The notes under the pieces were generated by a model that did not search any database, was not told where the DNA came from, and saw nothing but the letters and a program-made list of their open reading frames with translations. Shown here piece after piece: positions 20,758 through 32,363 of a DNA stretch of 64,000 bases (position 1 is the first letter of the stretch; the number at the start of each line of letters is the position of its first letter). The DNA is taken from positions 19,633 through 83,632 of the forward strand of contig ONQT01000006.1 of assembly GCA_900320045.1 (NCBI GenBank). The letters are read 5' to 3'. A program made the translations under genes and the position numbers. This stretch comes from an uncultured Prevotellaceae bacterium. GTDB lineage: Bacteria > Bacteroidota > Bacteroidia > Bacteroidales > Bacteroidaceae.

Positions 20758-22266
20758 GGCTTTCACCAACAGCATCACGACGGGAATCGTGACCACGAGA
20801 ATGCCTATCAAGTCAATGATGAAGCCTGACCTGATCATCTTGGTGATGGGCACATAGCCGGAAGCATAGACAATGGCATTGGGCGGTGTGGACACAGGCA
20901 TCATGAATCCCAATGACGATGATAGCGCTATGCCGATGGCTACCGGAATAGGACTGAAGCCTGACGATACTGCTGCGCCAATAGCGATAGGAGCAATAAG
21001 GTTGGTGGATGCTGTATGAGAGGTAAGTTCTGACAGTATCAGGGTTACGATGCAGAACACGCCCACAAAGAGCCACTCAGAAGGATGACCGCCTAACGCC
21101 TCCTTGATACCGGCTCCTACCCATGCCGAAAGACCCGTGGTGTACATCATAGCGCCCATTGCCAAGCCACCGCCAAAGAGCAACAGCGTGCCCCACTCGA
21201 CGCCTTCTACGCCGTCCTTCCAACTCATCGTCATCTCGCCCTTCTTCATATCGACAGGCAAGAAGAACAGCAGCAGCGCTCCCACCATGGCAGCAATGGC
21301 CTCGGGGAAGTGACTATCATAGAACGACATCATATCAGAATGGGCACCGTAGACGATACTTAGCACGCTGGGGGCAACCCACAGCACGAAGGCTACCGAG
21401 AAAGCTATTATCGTATTCTTCTGCGCCCTGGTCCAAGAGCCTAAGCTGTCAACATACTTGCGGATAAACTCCCTGGCGCCCTCGATGTGCTTGACATCGG
21501 CGGGGAACATGCGCCACAACACCATATAAGCCAGTAAGAAATAGCATATCATGGCCACAATGCCCCACACCATCCATTGGAAGAACGACACGCTGGGAGC
21601 ATCGGGAGCCAGCTGGTCCAAGAAACCAATCATAATAATATTGGGCGGTGTTCCGACGGGAGTCATCACACCACCGATGCTACAGGCATAGGCCGTCATC
21701 AGCATCAGGCCGGTAGCATACTTATAAGAAGACAAATCAATGACTTTGCCGTTTTGCGCCATCATCTCGCGGATAGCCTCCAGCAAGCCTAAAGCGATGG
21801 GAAACATCATGGCAGCAGTGGCTGTATTGCTAATCCATCCCGAACAAAGCATACACGCCAGGCCAATGGCCAGAAAGATACGCCGTGGGGAGTCGCCCAC
21901 CCATTTCATCGACATGATGCCATAGGCGATGCGCTTGTCCACACCGTTCACCATCATTGCCTTCGCCAACAGGAAGCCACCCATAAAGAGGAATATCATG
22001 GGATTGGCAAACTGCTCGAAGGCATCCTTGATTGGCGCGATGCCCAGAACGACACAAAGCGTGGGGCCTACGAGCGATGTCACGGGAATGGGCACCGGCT
22101 CTGTAATCCACCAAATGGCAACCATGGACATCACAGCCAACAGGTGATGGGCTTGTTCTCCAAGTCCGTCTATAGGCATCATCCATAACAACACGGCACA
22201 AAGAGGCCCCATAACGGCCCCTACCAGTCTGCGTTTCTGTTCAAAACGTGAATCCTTGCTATTCAT
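20743..22266 (-). CDS. DASS/SLC13 family sodium-coupled anion (di/tricarboxylate or sulfate) symporter
   Basis: WITEPVPIPVTSL, WISNTATAAMM, TPVGTPPN, LTSHTAST, PVSTPPNAIVY. Confidence 0.92.
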   Translation of the reverse strand: MNSKDSRFEQKRRLVGAVMGPLCAVLLWMMPIDGLGEQAHHLLAVMSMVAIWWITEPVPIPVTSLVGPTLCVVLGIAPIKDAFEQFANPMIFLFMGGFLLAKAMMVNGVDKRIAYGIMSMKWVGDSPRRIFLAIGLACMLCSGWISNTATAAMMFPIALGLLEAIREMMAQNGKVIDLSSYKYATGLMLMTAYACSIGGVMTPVGTPPNIIMIGFLDQLAPDAPSVSFFQWMVWGIVAMICYFLLAYMVLWRMFPADVKHIEGAREFIRKYVDSLGSWTRAQKNTIIAFSVAFVLWVAPSVLSIVYGAHSDMMSFYDSHFPEAIAAMVGALLLFFLPVDMKKGEMTMSWKDGVEGVEWGTLLLFGGGLAMGAMMYTTGLSAWVGAGIKEALGGHPSEWLFVGVFCIVTLILSELTSHTASTNLIAPIAIGAAVSSGFSPIPVAIGIALSSSLGFMMPVSTPPNAIVYASGYVPITKMIRSGFIIDLIGILVVTIPVVMLLVKAVMGL

Positions 22267-22305
22267 CCTTTTTAATGATTTAAAGTATAACTTCGTCTTT
22301 ATAGT

Positions 22306-22337
22306 AGACTGATGACAAAACGCTTTGTCGTCAGTCT
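22306..22337. promoter_or_regulatory. Palindromic site carrying the GACAAA..CAGTC motif on both strands between divergent genes
   Basis: AGACTGATGACAAA ACGC TTTGTCGTCAGTCT (13/14 arm match). Confidence 0.6.
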
Positions 22338-22365
22338 TTTTTATAAATAAAAAACACCAGAAAGC

Positions 22366-25155
22366 ATGAAGAGATTATCTGTATTTTTAGCGCTTGCATG
22401 CCTTGCCACCTTCGCTATGGCACAGCGAGTCAGCATCCTGACGGGAAAGAAAGCGTCAGCACGTGAGCAATATGCGGCAGAGTACCTGCAGAAGAAGCTG
22501 CAGGAGATGGGCTGTACGGTCTCCGGCAAGAAGGCCGACTACAACATCGTGCTGTCGAACGCTAACAGTGGTGCTGCCGAAGGGTACACCCTCACCAAGG
22601 ACAAGAAAAGTATCAAAGTGGTGGGCAATGATGCCACGGGTGTCATCTATGGCTGCGTGGAGCTGGCAGACCGCATCCGACAGGCCGGCAGTTTCGTTCA
22701 GTATGTTGCGATGCCATCGCCACAAACCATCCAGGAAGCACCAGGAATGGTGATGCGCGGCACCTGCATAGGTCTGCAGAAGACAGTCTATCTGCCCGGC
22801 CACGGCGTCTACGAATATCCCTATACTCCCGAGAACTTCCCCTGGTTCTACGACAAGGCAGAATGGGTGAAGTACCTCGACATGATGGTAGAAAACAAAT
22901 ACAACTCGCTCTACCTCTGGAACGGACATCCCTTTGCCTCGCTGGTGAAGCTGAAGGACTATCCCTTTGCCCTGGAGGTAGACGACGAGACCTTCAAGAA
23001 GAACGTGGACATGTTCTCCTTCCTCACCCATGAGGCCGACCGCCGCGGCATCTGGGTCATCCAGATGTTCTACAACATCATCCTGAGCAAGCCCTTCGCC
23101 GACCACTACGGTCTGAAGACACAGGACCGCCACCGTCCCATTACGCCGCTCATCAGCGATTATACCCGCAAGTCGATTGCTGCCTTCATCGAGAACTATC
23201 CTAACGTGGGTCTTCTGGTCTGCCTGGGTGAAGCCATGGCGACCATCGACGACGACGTGACGTGGATGAAGGAGACCATCATTCCCGGTATCAAGGACGG
23301 TCTGGCAGCATCCGGCCGTGCCCCCTTCCCCACCACCACTCCCGCCGTTTCTCCGTCGGGTCCCACCACCACTCCCACCGCATCTCCGGCGGGTCCCACC
23401 ACCACTCCCGCCGCTTCTCCGGCGGGTCTCCCCCCCATTGTCCTGCGCTCTCACGACACCGACGGCCCGCTGGTGCTGAAAGAGTCGCTACCCCTCTACC
23501 CCAACATCTACACCATGTCGAAGTACACGGGAGAGTCGTTGACCACCTATACCCCCGGTGGCCCTTGGGGGGAGACGCATCAGCAGTTGGCCGCTGCCGC
23601 CCCCGTACATATTGATAATGTGCACATCCTTGCCAACCTCGAGCCATGGCGCTGGTCGTCACCATCCTTTACGCTGAAGACCGTCCAAGCCATGCACCGT
23701 GCTCACCATTCCAAGGGCTTGCACCTCTATCCGCAGGCCAGCTACTGGGACTGGCCCTATACGGCTGACAAACTGCCGAACGGTGAGCGACTGAGGCAGT
23801 TGGACCGCGACTGGATGTGGTATCAGGTATGGGGTCGCTACGCCTGGAACGACCAGCGAGGAGCGTTGGTAAATAACGGTTTGCCCACTGCCGAGCGCAC
23901 GTATTGGAAGAAGGTTCTTGCCGACTACTACGGCATAGATACCATCGCTGCTGGTCATGTGCTGAATGCATACGACGAAGCTGGCGAGATAGCCCCGAAG
24001 CTATTGCGCCGTTTCGGTATCACAGAAGGTAATCGCCAGACGCTGTTGCTCGGTATGACGATGGGCGAACTGGTGAATCCCTATAAGTACACCATCTATC
24101 CCGGCTTCTACGAGAGCTGCGGCCCCGAGGGCGAGAAGCTCATCGAATATATTGAAAAGGAACACAAGGGTCTGCCGCATCATGGCGAACTGCCCTTCGA
24201 CATCGTCGACCAGTGCGTGAACCACGGTGACATGGCGCTCGTGGAGATGGGGGCTGCCGCTGCCAAGCCGACGCGCCATGCCGACGAATACCAACGGGTA
24301 TGGAACGACATGCTGTGCTATGCCTCCTTTGCCAAGGCGTTCCAGCTAAAGGTGCGCGCTGCCGCCGAAGTACTTCGCTATAAGTGGACGCAGGACATCA
24401 GCCACCTGGAGACGGCTCTCGTCTGGCTGGAACAGAGTCTCAGCATCTGGTATGACCTGAGTCGCATGACGGACGAATGGTATCTCTATGCCAACTCCAT
24501 GCAGACGGCCCAGCGCCGCATTCCCGTTGGCGGCGACGGCGGCAAGATGAAGACGTGGAAAGAGCTGGCCGTGGTCTATCAGGAGGAGGTCGATGCCTTC
24601 AAGGAGAACATCGAGAAACTGAAGCATCCTGCTCCCGCCTCAGCCATCAAGATACAGCCCCTGCAAGCCGCCAAGGTCACCTATAACGGCACCATGGTTC
24701 CGCTGAAGAAGGGTGCCATCGTTTTTGAAAACCGTCCCGACACTCCCGTCGACAGTCTCGCTCCCGAGCTGGCAGGTCTGCAGGCCTTGGTGCTCAACCG
24801 CGACACAACCCGCATCGTCGGAACGACCATCCAGTTTGAATGCGACAAACCCGTCAAGGTGCTTGTGGGTCTCTTCAAAGATGACGACAAGAAGTTTGCC
24901 AAGGCTCCCAAACTGGAGATTGATGCCACAGGCAATGAATACGGTCAGGCTGAGCCTGTCCTTACCAATGCCATCAGTATCGTCCAGATGCCCAAGGTGA
25001 ACATCCACCAATATGCACTTCCCGCTGGTCGCCATACGCTGCGACTGCCCAAGGGCATCCTCATGGTGGCAGGCTTTACCAACGACAACATCAAGGCGCG
25101 CGACTGCGGCCTCAACGGTCCCTCGGGAGAAGTAGACTGGCTATTCCAGAAATAG
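22366..25155 (+). CDS. GH138 alpha-galacturonidase-like protein (BT0997-like)
   Basis: Signal peptide; MRGTCIGLQK, YEYPYTPENFPWFYD, LWNGHPF, VCLGEA, HLYPQASYWDWPY; upstream of the GH137-GH2 gene. Confidence 0.8.
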   Translation: MKRLSVFLALACLATFAMAQRVSILTGKKASAREQYAAEYLQKKLQEMGCTVSGKKADYNIVLSNANSGAAEGYTLTKDKKSIKVVGNDATGVIYGCVELADRIRQAGSFVQYVAMPSPQTIQEAPGMVMRGTCIGLQKTVYLPGHGVYEYPYTPENFPWFYDKAEWVKYLDMMVENKYNSLYLWNGHPFASLVKLKDYPFALEVDDETFKKNVDMFSFLTHEADRRGIWVIQMFYNIILSKPFADHYGLKTQDRHRPITPLISDYTRKSIAAFIENYPNVGLLVCLGEAMATIDDDVTWMKETIIPGIKDGLAASGRAPFPTTTPAVSPSGPTTTPTASPAGPTTTPAASPAGLPPIVLRSHDTDGPLVLKESLPLYPNIYTMSKYTGESLTTYTPGGPWGETHQQLAAAAPVHIDNVHILANLEPWRWSSPSFTLKTVQAMHRAHHSKGLHLYPQASYWDWPYTADKLPNGERLRQLDRDWMWYQVWGRYAWNDQRGALVNNGLPTAERTYWKKVLADYYGIDTIAAGHVLNAYDEAGEIAPKLLRRFGITEGNRQTLLLGMTMGELVNPYKYTIYPGFYESCGPEGEKLIEYIEKEHKGLPHHGELPFDIVDQCVNHGDMALVEMGAAAAKPTRHADEYQRVWNDMLCYASFAKAFQLKVRAAAEVLRYKWTQDISHLETALVWLEQSLSIWYDLSRMTDEWYLYANSMQTAQRRIPVGGDGGKMKTWKELAVVYQEEVDAFKENIEKLKHPAPASAIKIQPLQAAKVTYNGTMVPLKKGAIVFENRPDTPVDSLAPELAGLQALVLNRDTTRIVGTTIQFECDKPVKVLVGLFKDDDKKFAKAPKLEIDATGNEYGQAEPVLTNAISIVQMPKVNIHQYALPAGRHTLRLPKGILMVAGFTNDNIKARDCGLNGPSGEVDWLFQK
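23329..23427 (+). repeat. 3 x 33-bp tandem copies of the family-B hairpin element, in-frame
   Basis: PTTTPAVSPSG PTTTPTASPAG PTTTPAASPAG; units start at 23329, 23362, 23395. Confidence 0.92.
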
Positions 25156-25195
25156 CGACCCCTCGGGAGAAGTAGACTGGTTATTCCAGAAATAA
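25116..25195 (+). repeat. 40-bp tandem duplication of the GH138 3' end
   Basis: 25116-25155 vs 25156-25195, 36/40 identical. Confidence 0.92.
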
Positions 25196-25205
25196 AACAA
25201 GCACG

Positions 25206-28200
25206 ATGAAAAGAATACAGACCGCCCTTATATCGTTTTTTACTGTGTTCAGCGGTTTTGCCGCTGACATCCCCGCTGACGTGATGAACCGCATCTACCA
25301 AGAGGTGCGCACCCCTTATAAATATGGTATGGTGGTAGCACCTACGGACAACTACCACAAGATAGACTGTCCGACGGTGTTCCGCATGGGCGACAAATGG
25401 CTGATGACCTACGTTGTCTATAATGGAAAGGACGGACTGGATGGTCGCGGGTACGAGACGTGGCTGGCCTCGAGTGACGACCTGCTGCACTGGAAGACGG
25501 AAGGTCGCCTGCTGTCGTATAAGGACGACGGTTGGGACATGAACCAGCGCGGCGGTTTCCCTGCCCTCATTGACTGGACCTGGGGTGGCAGCTATGGTAT
25601 CTCCAAGTTCAAGGGCAACTACTGGATGTCGTACATCGGCGGGCACGGCACAGGCTACGAGGCGGTGCGCGAACCGCTCAACATCGGTATGGCATGGACC
25701 AACGGTGACATTACCAAGGCGCACGAGTGGCAGTCGGACAACACGCCCCTGCTGTCCATACAAGACAAGGACGTGCAATGGTGGGAACAGCTGACGCAAT
25801 ACAAAAGCGCCATCTACGACCTAAATGCCCAATCGGAGAAGACAATTCAGAAAGCCGCCAAGGGCAAAAGTCGTAAGGGTAAGAACATGCTACCCGCTGA
25901 ATTGCGCAAGTATCGCTTCCTGATGTTCTACAATGCCGGTGGCATCAATCCAGCTAACTACCTCAAGGCCGAGCGTATCGGCATTGCTCTAAGCAATGAC
26001 CTCAAGAAATGGAAGCGTTACAAGGCGAACCCCGTCTATTTCCACGAGGCTCCAGGCATCATCACCGGCGATGCCCAGATTGTCCGCATGTCCCCTCCCG
26101 CCACGACTCCCGACGCTTCTCCGTCGGGTGCCCCCCTCTACGTCATGTTCTACTTCTCGGCCTATAACCCCGACCGCAAGTACAACGCCTACAACACCTT
26201 CGCCGTCAGTCGCGACCTCATCCACTGGCAGGACTGGACGGGAGCAGACCTCATCGTCCCTTCTAAACCCTACGACGAGATGTTTGCCCACAAGAGCTAC
26301 GTGGTAAAACACGACGGTGTAGTGTATCACTTCTACTGCGCCGTCAACAATGACCAGCAGCGCGGCATTGCCGTGGCCACCAGCGTTCCCATGGGGCGTA
26401 GCGAGGTGCACTTCCCCGCCCCCGAGCGTAAAGGCCGCCGCACCATCATCTCGCTCAACGACGATTGGACGGCTTCGGTCGTTGGTCGCGATTCCATTGC
26501 GACGAAGGTCAACCTCCCCCATAACTTCGACGACTACTACGGCTATCGTCAGTTGCGTCACGGCAACCTGCACGGCAAGGCTATATATAATAAGGTGTTC
26601 ACCACCGAGAAGCGTGACGGTCGTCGCTACTTCCTGCAGTTCGAGGGTGTAGGCACTTATGCTCAGGTCATCCTCAACGGCCATAAGTACCCCGAAGAAC
26701 TGGTGGGTCGTACCGTCTGGACACTCGACGTGACCGACCATCTGAAGAGCGGTGAGAACTCACTACAGGTCAACGTAGATCACCCCGCCATGGAAACTGC
26801 ATCGCCATGGGTATGTGGAGGTTGCAGCAGCGAGTGGGGCTTCTCGGAAGGTAGTCAGCCTTTCGGCATTTTCCGTCCCGTCAGTCTGGTCGAGACCGAT
26901 GCAGTACGCATCAAACCCTTCGGTGTCCACATCTGGAACAACGCTGCTTGCGACAGTGTCTTCATTGAGACGGAAATCAGGAACTACACTAAGGAGCAGC
27001 AGACCATCGAGTTGGTTAACAAGTTCTCCTTTGCCAGCGGCAAGCAGGTGTTCCGTCATGCAGAGACCGTCACGATAAAGGCTGGCGACAGCAAGACGTT
27101 CCGCATGGCAGAGCGCATAGGGAACGCTCACCGCTGGAGCATCAGCGACCCCTACCTCTATAGTCTGGCCACGATGATTAAGCGCATCGTTCCCTCTGGC
27201 TCTGACGGTTCCAAGTCCAACATCGTCACCACCGATGAGGTGCGCACGCCCTTCGGTATCCGCAGTATCTCGTGGCCCGTCCTCCGCCAGCGTTTGGCGC
27301 TCAGCGGTGTTTCCCCCGCAACCACCGTTCCCGCCACTACTCCCGACGGTTCTCCGTCGGGCGACAACCGCTTCTACCTCAACGGCCAGCCGGTCTTCAT
27401 CAACGGCACCTGCGAATACGAACACCTGTTAGGCCAGAGCCACGCCTTCAGCCCCGAGCAGATACGCTCTCGCATGAAGCAAATCACCAATGCTGGCTTC
27501 AACGCCCTGCGCGAGGCTCACCAGCCACACAACCTACTCTACCAGCAGCTGTGCGACGAGCAGGGCGTCCTGTTCTGGAGCCAGTTCTCTGCACACATCT
27601 GGTACGATACGCATAAGTTCCGCAACACCTTCAAGCGTCTGTTGGTACGCTGGATTAAGGAGCGCCGCAACTCGCCCAGCATCATTCTCTGGGGACTGCA
27701 GAACGAGAGTGTGCTGCCCAAGAAATTTGCCGAGGAGTGTTCGGATATTATCCGCTCCCTCGACCCTACCTGTCGTGACCAACGCGCCATCACCACCTGT
27801 AATGGCGGCGAGGGTACTGACTGGAACGTCATCCAGAACTGGAGTGGCACCTACGGCGGCTCTGCCGACAACTACGACAAAGAGCTACTTCAGCCGCAGC
27901 AGTTGCTGAACGGCGAGTATGGTGCCTGGCGCACCCTCGACCTACACGGCGATGCCAAGTACAGCGAAGAGTCGTTCACCCGTCTGTTAGAGACCAAAGC
28001 CCGCCTGGCCGAAAAGGCGTACGGTCTTCCTGTAGCCGCAGCTACCATGAATCAGGACCTAAATTTGACCGGCGGTTCTGCCGTCGACAAGCATGGCGTC
28101 TGCGGCCACTTCCAGTGGATTTTCAACTCCCACGACAATCCTGGTCGTGTGCAACCCGACGGAGCTCTGCGCCGCATCGACAAGATAGGTCCCATCAACT

Positions 28201-29405
28201 ACAAGGGTCTCGTCACCGCTTGGGAGGAGCCCACCGCCGCCTACTATATGTACAAACATCGCTATGCCGCCACCACTCCCGACGCTTCTCCGTCGGGTAC
28301 TCTCCCTACCGCTGCCGACCGCAACCGCGACCTCGTGAAAGGTGCCGAGGGCTATCGTTACCTCTACCGTATCAACTGCGGCGGCGATGCCTTCACCGAT
28401 GAGTTCGGCCAGCAATGGCAGGCCGACGACACGCTGCACTGCCACTCGTGGGGACAGGACTTCGAGGGTATCAATGCCCTACAGGCCTCACAGCGACATA
28501 TCACCACTGGCATCCGCGGCACACGGAGCGACGAGCTGTTTCAGTTCTTCCGCTTCGGTCGCCACCGCCTCTGGTACGACCTGCCGGTCGCAACCTTCGG
28601 CAAAACCGAAGGCCACACTATAACCAGCGCTCCTACTGTGGTCAGCGGTTTTGCCGCTGACACCACCCAATATCGCGTGGAGCTATACTTCTGCGAACCA
28701 TGGCACGGCCGTGAAGCCTCGGAGACCGCCGACTACGAAGGCCTGCGTATCTTCGACGTCGCCATCAATGGCGAGACCGTCGTCAACGACCTCGACCCAT
28801 GGGCCGAGGCGGGCTACTGCGGAGCCATGAAACGGGTGGTATACGCCAAGGCCGTGAACGGTCGACTGCACATCTCCTTCCCCGAGATAAAGGCCGGCCA
28901 AGCCGTCATCTGCGGCTTAGCGGTAGCCACAAGCACTCCCATCAGCACCGCCACGACTCCCAAGGTTTCTCCCGAGGGTCTCTCCTGGCACGCTCTCGAC
29001 ACCGATACCATCGCCAAGTTGCCGAAGGAGCTATTGCCCGCAGATACCGAGGCACGTCCTGCCAGTGTCTATGAGCCCATCAGCATCAAGGACCTCAAAG
29101 CCAAGGGCGTCAAGCTCAGCGCCCAGAACCTCCGCGGCACCACCTTCCTCATTACCCCAGGCTTGGGTCAGGAGTATGCCCTGCGCTTCCGCTACAAGAA
29201 TACGACAGGCGAGCCTATCACGGCACGTATGACCGTCATCGACTCCAAGCAGGCCGTGCTGGTAGACCGCGACGTGACGTTCCCGCCGACGCCCAACAAG
29301 TTCAAGATGCTCTCCACGACCACTGGCACGCAGATCAATGCCGGCACCTACCAGTTGCACATCGACGCCAAGGACGTGGAGTTCAAGGAGGTGGAGATAC
29401 AATAA
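25206..29405 (+). CDS. Multimodular GH137 (beta-L-arabinofuranosidase) + GH2 + malectin/CBM57-like protein (BT0996-like)
   Basis: N-terminal TPYKYGMVV..DCPTVFR propeller-like module; GH2 motifs FEGV, REAHQPH, LWGLQNE, NGEYG; malectin-like YRINCGG, VELYFCEPW, RIFDVAING. Confidence 0.85.
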   Translation: MKRIQTALISFFTVFSGFAADIPADVMNRIYQEVRTPYKYGMVVAPTDNYHKIDCPTVFRMGDKWLMTYVVYNGKDGLDGRGYETWLASSDDLLHWKTEGRLLSYKDDGWDMNQRGGFPALIDWTWGGSYGISKFKGNYWMSYIGGHGTGYEAVREPLNIGMAWTNGDITKAHEWQSDNTPLLSIQDKDVQWWEQLTQYKSAIYDLNAQSEKTIQKAAKGKSRKGKNMLPAELRKYRFLMFYNAGGINPANYLKAERIGIALSNDLKKWKRYKANPVYFHEAPGIITGDAQIVRMSPPATTPDASPSGAPLYVMFYFSAYNPDRKYNAYNTFAVSRDLIHWQDWTGADLIVPSKPYDEMFAHKSYVVKHDGVVYHFYCAVNNDQQRGIAVATSVPMGRSEVHFPAPERKGRRTIISLNDDWTASVVGRDSIATKVNLPHNFDDYYGYRQLRHGNLHGKAIYNKVFTTEKRDGRRYFLQFEGVGTYAQVILNGHKYPEELVGRTVWTLDVTDHLKSGENSLQVNVDHPAMETASPWVCGGCSSEWGFSEGSQPFGIFRPVSLVETDAVRIKPFGVHIWNNAACDSVFIETEIRNYTKEQQTIELVNKFSFASGKQVFRHAETVTIKAGDSKTFRMAERIGNAHRWSISDPYLYSLATMIKRIVPSGSDGSKSNIVTTDEVRTPFGIRSISWPVLRQRLALSGVSPATTVPATTPDGSPSGDNRFYLNGQPVFINGTCEYEHLLGQSHAFSPEQIRSRMKQITNAGFNALREAHQPHNLLYQQLCDEQGVLFWSQFSAHIWYDTHKFRNTFKRLLVRWIKERRNSPSIILWGLQNESVLPKKFAEECSDIIRSLDPTCRDQRAITTCNGGEGTDWNVIQNWSGTYGGSADNYDKELLQPQQLLNGEYGAWRTLDLHGDAKYSEESFTRLLETKARLAEKAYGLPVAAATMNQDLNLTGGSAVDKHGVCGHFQWIFNSHDNPGRVQPDGALRRIDKIGPINYKGLVTAWEEPTAAYYMYKHRYAATTPDASPSGTLPTAADRNRDLVKGAEGYRYLYRINCGGDAFTDEFGQQWQADDTLHCHSWGQDFEGINALQASQRHITTGIRGTRSDELFQFFRFGRHRLWYDLPVATFGKTEGHTITSAPTVVSGFAADTTQYRVELYFCEPWHGREASETADYEGLRIFDVAINGETVVNDLDPWAEAGYCGAMKRVVYAKAVNGRLHISFPEIKAGQAVICGLAVATSTPISTATTPKVSPEGLSWHALDTDTIAKLPKELLPADTEARPASVYEPISIKDLKAKGVKLSAQNLRGTTFLITPGLGQEYALRFRYKNTTGEPITARMTVIDSKQAVLVDRDVTFPPTPNKFKMLSTTTGTQINAGTYQLHIDAKDVEFKEVEIQ
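25242..25268 (+). repeat. Family-A hairpin element inside the signal peptide
   Basis: ACTGTG TTCAGCGG TTTTG CCGCTGAC, read as TVFSGFAAD; 26/27 identical to 28635-28661. Confidence 0.85.
26100..26129 (+). repeat. In-frame hairpin element, family B
   Basis: GCCACGACT CCCGACGC TTCT CCGTCGGG T, read as ATTPDASPSG. Confidence 0.85.
27333..27362 (+). repeat. In-frame hairpin element, family B
   Basis: GCCACTACT CCCGACGG TTCT CCGTCGGG C, read as ATTPDGSPSG. Confidence 0.85.
28062..28088 (+). repeat. In-frame hairpin element, family A (degenerate)
   Basis: AATTTG ACCGGCGG TTCTG CCGTCGAC, read as NLTGGSAVD; 6-bp stem. Confidence 0.6.
28269..28298 (+). repeat. In-frame hairpin element, family B
   Basis: GCCACCACT CCCGACGC TTCT CCGTCGGG T, read as ATTPDASPSG. 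Confidence 0.85.
28593..28661. repeat. Back-to-back doublet of family-A hairpins
   Basis: Minus copy 28593-28619 (AGTGTG GCCTTCGG TTTTG CCGAAGGT) and plus copy 28635-28661 (ACTGTG GTCAGCGG TTTTG CCGCTGAC). Confidence 0.8.
28950..28979 (+). repeat. Degenerate family-B element
   Basis: GCCACGACT CCCAAGGT TTCT CCCGAGGG T, read as ATTPKVSPEG. Confidence 0.6.
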
Positions 29406-29418
29406 CATGATAGTATAA

Positions 29419-32319
<2,901 letters not shown>

Positions 32320-32321
32320 AC

Positions 32322-32356
32322 AATAAGAACGCCCTTTGACCGAGGGCGTTCTTATT
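32322..32356. terminator. Bidirectional intrinsic terminator
   Basis: AATAAGAACGCCCT-ttgaccg-AGGGCGTTCTTATT between convergent genes. Confidence 0.85.
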
Positions 32357-32363
32357 TGTTATC

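Noticed and set aside
23329-23427. 33-bp repeats as a CRISPR array
   Set aside because: Units are contiguous with no spacers, lie in-frame in a gene, and no cas genes are present.
23866-23892. LVNNGLPTA as a family-A copy (also 27187-27213 and 28014-28040)
   Set aside because: Similar peptide shape but little or no stem pairing; possibly decayed copies, so not counted.
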